Positions 23,028 through 30,462 of a stretch of 30,462 bases of DNA are shown in pieces. The notes under the pieces were generated by a model, which saw only the letters and a program-made list of their open reading frames with translations, made no database searches and was not told the DNA's origin. The stretch's first letter is position 1; every line of letters starts with the position of its first letter. The DNA comes from Ginkgo biloba. Taxonomy: Eukaryota; Plantae; Ginkgophyta. The stretch is taken from assembly GCA_024626585.2 (NCBI GenBank), contig JANKJI020000002.1:53904085-53934546 (forward strand). Reading direction: 5' to 3'. A program made the translations under genes and the position numbers.

Positions 23028-25700
23028 TGCACCCTTTCTCCAACAACTTCTGCACTTGTTAGTTCACCTCTTCATTCTCTTGAGGGATTAGTTTGGAAAA
23101 AATCAATTTTGGGATCAGATCAATATGATGGGCTATACCTATGTTGGGTGGTAATCCTGTTGGTAACTCCTTTTAAATGATATCCTTGTACTCTTATAGA
23201 AATCCTTTGACCTCATTGAGTACTAAATTTAGTGATATTTCATCCACCATCTTTGTTATTAAAGCATAGAAAGTGTTGGTGACTCTTAAATTCCTTAAGA
23301 ATTACTTTGATGATAAGGTCAATTGCATCAATTCCTCTTATCCTTGGGGTAATATCATGAATTTCCTCCAACCCTTGTTGATGGTATATGTGTTCTTCCT
23401 CCTATCATGTAAATTTCCTATAGGTTAAATTTCCATGGATGCCCTAGTAATAGGTGACATGTGTCCATTGGCATGAAATCATATCACACTTCATCCTAAT
23501 AATTCTTGATATGAAAGGACACCAAATGCCTCTCTCTTAGAGTGATATCACCTTCCTTATTAAACCAAGAGATGTAGTAAGGTATCTAACATTGCTAACA
23601 TGGAAGTCCTAACTTTTGGACCATCTCTATCAACACCATGTTCTCATAGCTTCCACCATCAATAATCACCTTACATACCTTACCTCTAGATGCTCATCTT
23701 GTCTAGAAAATTTTCTTCCTCTAATCTTTGTTATACTTTCATTTCTCTTTATTGGTGAAATAATTCTTATTAGTTATTAGACCACTACTTTGTCTTCCTA
23801 TTGAATTCACTTTACCCCTCATTTCTATGACCTTAGGTCTTTATCTCCCTAACATCATTGGTTTCCTTGTTGATATTTTGTATTGATGTCTATTTCCANN
23901 NNNNNNNNTGATGCTAGCAATATTTTATTCATCATAATACCATTTGACTTATCAATCAGTTCATGATCTATCTCTCCTCCATCCCAATCCATATTTTCTC
24001 TTGACTCTTCTCATCTTGGCTTGTTATTGGCTTATTTTAGGCACTCTAATGCTCAATGACCTTCAATTCCACATCTATAAAAGATGTTCAAGATCCTTAG
24101 TGAGTAACCTCCTTTGTTAATGCATCATCCTCTTTGATNNNNNNNNNNNNNNNNNNNNNNNNNNNNNNNNNNNNNNNNNNNNNNNNNNNNNNNNNNNNNN
24201 NNNNNNNNNNNNNNNNNNNNNNNNNNNNNNNNNNNNNNNNNNNNNNNNNNNNNNNNNNNNNNNNNNNNNNNNNNNNNNTTTTCCATTTATATATTGAGGA
24301 ATCTACTCCCCTCATCATCGATCTCTTCCTCATACTTCTTGATAAATTCTATTCAAATTTCAATGCCAACCGATATGTCTCCTCAACCATATTCACTCGA
24401 TGCATAGAGATATCATCCTAAATGGTATAGTTCAGTCGATTCACATACCTTGTTACTAACATCTCTCCTCCTTCATCTAGTTTACTCATGATGGACAGTT
24501 TGTAGAACATATTAGTACACCCTTACACTATTTTCTCCCTTTTTCTTAGATTTTAGAATTCTCAAAATAACCTATGTCTATAATCTATGGGTAAAAATTT
24601 CCCCTTCATCTTTTCTACCATTTTATTCTATGTCTGAACCTTATCCTTGACTTTATTCAACCTCTCACTTTGTACATGCTCCTACCATAAATATGCATGT
24701 CCTGTCAACTTGGTACATGCAAATTCCACCTTCCTTAGATCTTTCATTTCTTCCTAGTCAAAGTATTTATCTTGAGACCCTATCTAATCCAGTAGATTTT
24801 TTTGTCTCGCAGTAGTTCTATCAACATGGAGTCCATATTTGGGGGGCTTTATTTTTCCTGACCACTTCTCTCTACTTCTAGTTTTTCCATTGGGCTAGTT
24901 TTGATTCATTATCACTTTTTGGTCTCAACCTCTATTGTTCATTCTCTTGTTATTTGATTTGTCTTCTCAAGGCTTCCAACTCCTCAATAGTAATATTTCT
25001 CCCTTTATCCCTAGCTATCCTTGGTACCATATTCTAATTCTTCTATTATTAACAACTCTTTCTTAAATAGATTTGTACTCCTTAATGCCTCATACACAAA
25101 CTCTCCTTCATACAATCACTCTACTACTTTCATTAATGAGTGCTTCATTAGCTTNNNNNNNNNNCATTCCCAGAGCAATTCCTCCAGTAAGCCAATTTTA
25201 CCTATGATACCATATAATGGTATCATACTGACTTAGTAGCACCTTCTAATGAGCAACTTCACTCTGATACCATATGATGCATACTGCATATTAGTGGTGT
25301 TGATTTCACCCGATGCACAATTGCTCTCAAGATTCTCCAACATAATCTATCAGTCAAACCCAAAAATATTGATGGTGGGCCAATAGATAGGACAAAATTT
25401 TGAATAGAAGGGGGAGAGGGGGGTAAAATAACATGCATACATGGATTAACACTATAGACCAACACAAAGGAGGATAAAATAGAATGCCACTTTATCTATA
25501 TATTTTTGAACTAGCACTACATATAATACATCTGACTCACCATCCTTACATAAAGCCTTACAATTTTATACTTCCATAGATGGGGTTCCTTGATCTTCAT
25601 AACACAACTTCCTCACTAAAAAAGGATTTCATACATCTCTTTCAAATCAATACCTGAACCCTATAGGTTCCCTCTATCAGTGATGCACCAATAGATCTTC
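23028..25700 (-). mobile_element. CRM-like Ty3/gypsy element 5' half: LTR end, PBS, gag, protease and start of RT region, degenerate
   Basis: CATCA (25275-25279) and PBS TGGTATCAGAG (25262-25272). Gag reads DKYFD*EEMKDLRKVEFACTKLTGHAYLW..KMKGKFLPIDY, protease reads RGKVCKVIIDGGSYENMV, and ELPTGLPPNIGIAHHIDLIP precedes the gap. The far end of the LTR is not defined. Confidence 0.9.
25262..25272 (-). promoter_or_regulatory. Primer-binding site complementary to initiator tRNA-Met
   Basis: TGGTATCAGAG lies two bases after the LTR terminus CATCA. Confidence 0.85.
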
Positions 25701-26595
25701 CTCTCAAGCTACCTCATGATCATCATTCATCCTGGCTTATTCCTTCAATGTTTCTCTTTTAAGATTTCACTTGTTCTCCTTCTAGTTATCCCTTATCTCT
25801 CTTTCTCCCTACATTGGATGATATCACAGAGAAGAAATGATGCAAGTAACATATTAATACAAAGGATTTTTAGAATGTATTTTCATGGTGCTCATAGATT
25901 TCTTAGTGTTTCTCTAATTTTGGATATTAAAGTTGTTGTGTGGATTGGTATTCTGCTAAGGATTATTACTATTTTTGTGAGCCTAGATANNNNNNNNNNN
26001 NNNNNNNNNNNNNNNNNNNNNNNNNNNNNNNNNNNNNNNNNNNNNNNNNNNNNNNNNNNNNNNNNNNNNNNNNNNNNNNNNNNNNNNNNTAAAATTACAA
26101 ATATGCGAAGGTTTTGAAGGCATCTCTTTGTTCTTATTTGGTTCTTAATGCATCCCTTCATTCTTATGTTTGCATAGATTTCCATATTTATTTGCATATG
26201 CTAATCATAATTCTATTGGTGTTTTTTCTACACTCATAATTCTAATAATAATGGATTTTGTTAAGAAAATATTTATAAAATATTCCATCTAATCCAAATA
26301 AAATTAAAAGTTTCACCACTTTTGATGTCATANNNNNNNNNNNNNNNNNNNNNNNNAATATGTGTGCCTAGTCTAAGTAAGTTGAAGGCTCTTTATGCCC
26401 ATTCAAACCTAAGCATTCAACTTGATTGGTAGAGAGAAATAAGATATTTCAATTTCAAGTCAATGATTATTTACAAGGTCACAAAGTGAATTTGTAGTTG
26501 AATGCTACATTAATATTTTTTATATATACACTTTTAAGGATAGTTCTGATTTTGTTGTAGTAGTGTTTAGGTAAAGTTCGTATAAGAATTGAAGG

Positions 26596-27512
26596 TTTTT
26601 TTTTTTTGACAAATTGCATTTATATTACAAAAATATATTCTTACAAAAAATCATTTTAGTGGTTTCCCATAAGGTTTCGAGAAAAACCAAAATTGTACCC
26701 CAGACCAAAGATCATCCAAATTACAAAAATAGGATTGTAGAAAATATTATAAATGGATACATTAAAATAGAGTGAATAGACCTAGAGAAATTTACTAAAG
26801 AAAAAATATCAGACTAAAAGAGAATTGACCAAAATCAGGGCACAACCCCCTCCATTAGGGATACCACTAATGCTTTGAATTGGGCAGGGGTTTACCCTCA
26901 ATCTCCATGCCATAATCCTCCTCACCCTTTTGCTTCTTCCCACGAGCCCCCAACTAGAAAGGACTAGACAAAGGCAACCTTGGATGGCAATTCAGATAGT
27001 GCATGTGGTGAGCCTTTAGGTGTGTTACTTCATGAAGAACATTAATTATTCCAATTCTAGTTGCCTAAACCATTTCCTTTAGAACTAAAATTTTCATCTT
27101 TATATTCTATAAAGAGGCCTCCATGGTCACTAACCAATCGCCCAAGATGGAAGAGATTTCTCAAGATAGAAGATAGACATTCCTTTTTCTCCTATGGGTC
27201 ATAGGAGGCACATAATCATCCCATCCATTGCACATCTCATTCTCCTAGTTATCTCTCTTGGAAACAGGCTCCATCGAGGAGGACTTCACCAAACTTTTAC
27301 ATCTCCCTTAGTTTACTCTCTCACATTTAAAGAGAATCCTCAAATACTTATTTAAGATAATACTCAGTTATCTCTTTGGTGAGGTTATTTGTGATCATGA
27401 CATGGCACACTCCCCTTGATAGTGAGATTTGTACCCTATAGGGTGCCACAAATATTTTTTAGGAGAGGGTATGATTAAATATTTTCCCATCCACAAGGGT
27501 TATGCCTAGATT
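26596..27512 (-). mobile_element. Possible LINE/retroposed fragment with poly(A) tail
   Basis: There is an A12 tail on the minus strand (26596-26607). Upstream decayed peptides RVQISLSRGV and YLRILFKCER resemble L1 ORF1 (V.IDLS.GLP; YE.IPF.C..C). Confidence 0.35.
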
Positions 27513-29497
27513 NNNNNNNNNNNNNNNNNNNNNNNNNNNNNNNNNNNNNNNNNNNNNNNNNNNNNNNNNNNNNNNNNNNNNNNNNNNNNNNNNNNNNNNN
27601 NNNNNNNNNNNNTATTTCTAGGAATAGAAAATGGACATGTCTTTTATGTATGTCCTAGTTATTATATACCTTGTCTATGGATGCGAGAATGGGTTGCAAC
27701 TAAGTTCACCCCTAGCTAGGGAGTCTCATAATGTCATCGAAAGGTGAACTTGCCCCAAAGCCAATAATGTTGATGGAAACAAGGAGGATGCGACATACTT
27801 GCTAGATGAAGGAATGGAAAATAACCAAAAAAAGGTAGTTGCCAAAAAAATATGATGACTTGACGAAACAAAAGGATGTTGAGGCTTTAGGGAAAATGGA
27901 GGAGGATGCCTTGAAGGGAGAAAGCAATCTGATAACACTCACCTTTATACAACCATAGGGAAGCTTCGAGTCCAATCCAGTTGAAACAACATTGAACTCA
28001 AACAAGATAAGCGAACTAAATGGCATGAGTTTTAGAGTAACTGCTGCAGAAGAGACCAAGTAGAGCCCATACCTCATTGGTAAGGCATGTAGAAATTTCC
28101 TATTCTTAAGATCCATCTAGCTACACCAAAAGAAGTTATATGCAACCTGAAAACTGGAAAACCATTATAGTTTTGTGATAGAAGAAATGATGGGAAGCTA
28201 AAGCCCGATAGAATCATTAGTGTCCAACTAAGATCTATGTATGGATAGTCTCTCAAAGATAGCCAATGCATGGATGATTAGATCACCAATAAGTAGATAG
28301 GTAAATTAAGAACAACATAATAAAGAAGTATTGGGAGTTCTCATTGATAGAGTCATAATTGATTGATAAGGAAAATTACTCGGTCTAAAAAAAGTAAAAT
28401 AAACCACACAAGAGTGGTGGGAGAAAGTATGTGAGAAGTATTGTTGGGACATTGCATTATAAAATCATTATTACATTGATAAGATATATGATGAATTCTA
28501 CACACCAGTGCACATATTATTCTTGAATTTAGTTCTAGATTTACTTGTTAAATACATGAAAATAGACCCATGGAAGAGACAAGAGCGTAGGAGGGGAATA
28601 GTTCTGACACTATGAGATAAGGGATGTCAAGGTGAGGTAATCGATTAGGGGTTGTCCAATAAATAAATAAGAATTAAAAGAGTGAAACTCTAGAAGGAGG
28701 AAAGGGATAAAACTAAAAAAAGAGGATCATATATAGGAGTTATTGAAAACACTAAGAAAGGAGAAAATAGTAAATAAGGAGTAGTAGGAAGATAGGATGC
28801 CTCCTCCACTAAAATTATAGAAAATGAAGAACAAAGAGTAGTAGGAAAACTGGCACCTCCTCTAAAGAAACTCTAGCCAAATAGGCCAATATTTGAGTAG
28901 TAGGCAATTTAGGGGCCTTCTCCATAGAAATTAGTCTTGCTAAAAGAACAACAAGAAGATGCTTAAAAATAGTTATTAGGTCTTTAGATGGATAGATCAG
29001 TTTAGGAAAACTACACCTAGTCAATTCAATCCCATACTAAGAGAAGATAGATAGGAAGGACCCCATGAGAAGTGAGCATCACCTAACAGTCTCTCTATTT
29101 TGGTATGGGAGTGAGTATAAAGAAGAGAATAAAAACTATGAGAGTGCATGAGCAAAGATTGGGGGATTTTTTATGAAGCATGCAGTAATAAAGAATNNNN
29201 NNNNNNNNNNNNNNNNNNNNNNNNNNNNNNNNNNNNNNNNNNNNNNNNNNNNNNNNNNNNNNNNNNNNNNNNNNNNNNNNNNNNNNNNNNNNNNNNTTTG
29301 AGAACTTGGTAGTTAAGGAGTTGAATTAGTTTTCGTTTTCTGATTTTGTTTCTTAATTTCCGTCTGCTACATGTATGCATTCCCTCCCATATGGAAATGT
29401 TATCCAACTGAGGCGGTGTGCTAAGCCCATTCTATTTACTTTTTGGAGGTAAATGCTGCTAATATGTTTCCTTGTCTTTGTTGCATTAAACTGGCAG

Positions 29498-29621
29498 GAA
29501 GCGCCTTTTTAGTATGATGAATGATCTCCCAACTGTGTTTGAGATAGTTACTGAAAGGAAGCAGGCAAAGGAGAAAACTAGTGCTGATAATAGTGGAAGC
29601 AAATCTAAAGTATCTGGAAAG
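29498..29621 (+). CDS. Alfin-like (AL1/AL2-type) PHD-finger family gene, penultimate exon (end of PAL/Alfin domain plus linker)
   Basis: CAG acceptor ends at 29497 and GT donor is at 29622. The 124-nt exon translates (R)KRLFSMMNDLPTVFEIVTERKQAKEKTSADNSGSKSKVSGK, matching the Alfin RKRLF..INDLPT.FEVVT motif with the usual split Arg codon. Confidence 0.93.
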
Positions 29622-29749
29622 GTTAGGAGCTGATGCCTCTTGAGAATGTAGTAGAGGACATTTATTTTGCTCTCTTGGTTGGCTAATGCATTTTTGGTGC
29701 AAAAGCTCTCTAGTTAGGTAAGCTGATACATAGCTTTTCATTCTTGCAG

Positions 29750-29836
29750 CGATTAAGTGATGGGCAAATAAAGAATTCTAAACCACTTCCTTTGAAAGAT
29801 GACGATGAAACATATGAAAATGATGATGAAGAATAG
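29750..29836 (+). CDS. Alfin-like gene, last coding exon, ending at a premature TAG before the PHD finger
   Basis: It follows a 128-nt GT..TTCTTGCAG intron (29622-29749) and stays in frame: RLSDGQIKNSKPLPLKDDDETYENDDEE*. SDGQ plus the acidic tract is typical of AL1/AL2. The TAG is at 29834-29836. Confidence 0.88.
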   Translation, partial: RLSDGQIKNSKPLPLKDDDETYENDDEE

Positions 29837-29914
29837 TATGATGTAATGTGTGAAGTTTGTAAAGGAATCTATTTAGTCAACGAGTCTCACAATTGGGCGC
29901 TTCTCTTTTGTTAA
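29837..29914 (+). pseudogene. Decayed N-terminal remnant of the Alfin PHD finger
   Basis: Reading past the stop gives YDVMCEVCKGIYLVNESHNWALLFC*, which aligns to the Alfin GxTLCGxCGxNY...EFW segment. The rest of the C4HC3 finger (CD.CE.WFHG.CV...CP.C) is not found downstream. Confidence 0.8.
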
Positions 29915-30462
29915 TAAAATTGTGAGATTACAGTCTCTCTCTTCTCTATTTACCAGTATGTAACATAAAGAACATCCTGCACATTTAACTTTTTTTAACA
30001 AATTTCTTAGCCCAGCTGTCATATGAACGGTTTTGCCTACCACTTTGTTATTCTTCTACCACTTGCCATCTTTCAAGTGGCAATTTGTATGGCTGAACTA
30101 CTAGTTGCTCCTTTTTCCAGCATTTCTCTCACTATTCTGGCTTCTGTTCTAATGTCCAGCTGGCATATATATCTCGTGAAAGCATTTTTTTTTTTTTGCC
30201 CCACACTCTTCTGGCTGCTTATGCTGAAGGTTTTTGGGTTTACACGCGTTGCACGTGAACACATAGAGCTTTTGCCAATTACAAAAATGAAATAGTCCTA
30301 CATAATAAATAAAAACTGACCTCCATTTTTGTCAAGCAACTATATAACAACATTCACAATTAAGAGAAATATCTGAATCTGCTTGATTTCTTGTAAAGAG
30401 ACTTCATTTTATCTTTGAATGCAGGCTTAATTCAATGATGGAATGCTTGGTTATCTACATCT

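Noticed and set aside
18351-23180. Long ORFs of 160-358 aa in the ORF track
   Set aside because: They are artefacts of translating N runs.
30023-30295. 90-aa hydrophobic ORF and nearby ACGCGT/CACGTG motifs
   Set aside because: I recognise no homology, T-rich DNA gives such ORFs by chance, and isolated hexamers do not support a regulatory call.

Overview
This is AT-rich, gap-ridden eukaryotic DNA from a land plant. A gymnosperm-like origin is an inference from the TE families and their heavy C>T/G>A decay. Most of the window is old, fragmented retroelements: four CRM-type Ty3/gypsy pieces (- strand), a Tat/Ogre-type gag-protease-aRNaseH piece (+), a Tat-type integrase (-), a Ty1/copia gag-protease piece (+) and up to three probable L1 ORF1 remnants (-). 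The only host gene I recognise is at the right end: the last two exons of an Alfin-like (AL1/AL2-type) gene, with intact splice sites but an in-frame TAG just before a decayed, truncated PHD finger. Its upstream exons are not visible, so the window may be largely one giant intron, or they may sit in an N gap. Unexplained parts are a CpG-retaining, gene-like island at about 11.9-14.3 kb and two unique-looking blocks (0.5-3.1 kb and 6.4-8.0 kb) with candidate minus-strand mini-exons. There are no prokaryotic systems, CRISPR arrays or RNA genes. All protein assignments come from manual translation and motif recognition, not database searches, and TE boundaries are approximate.
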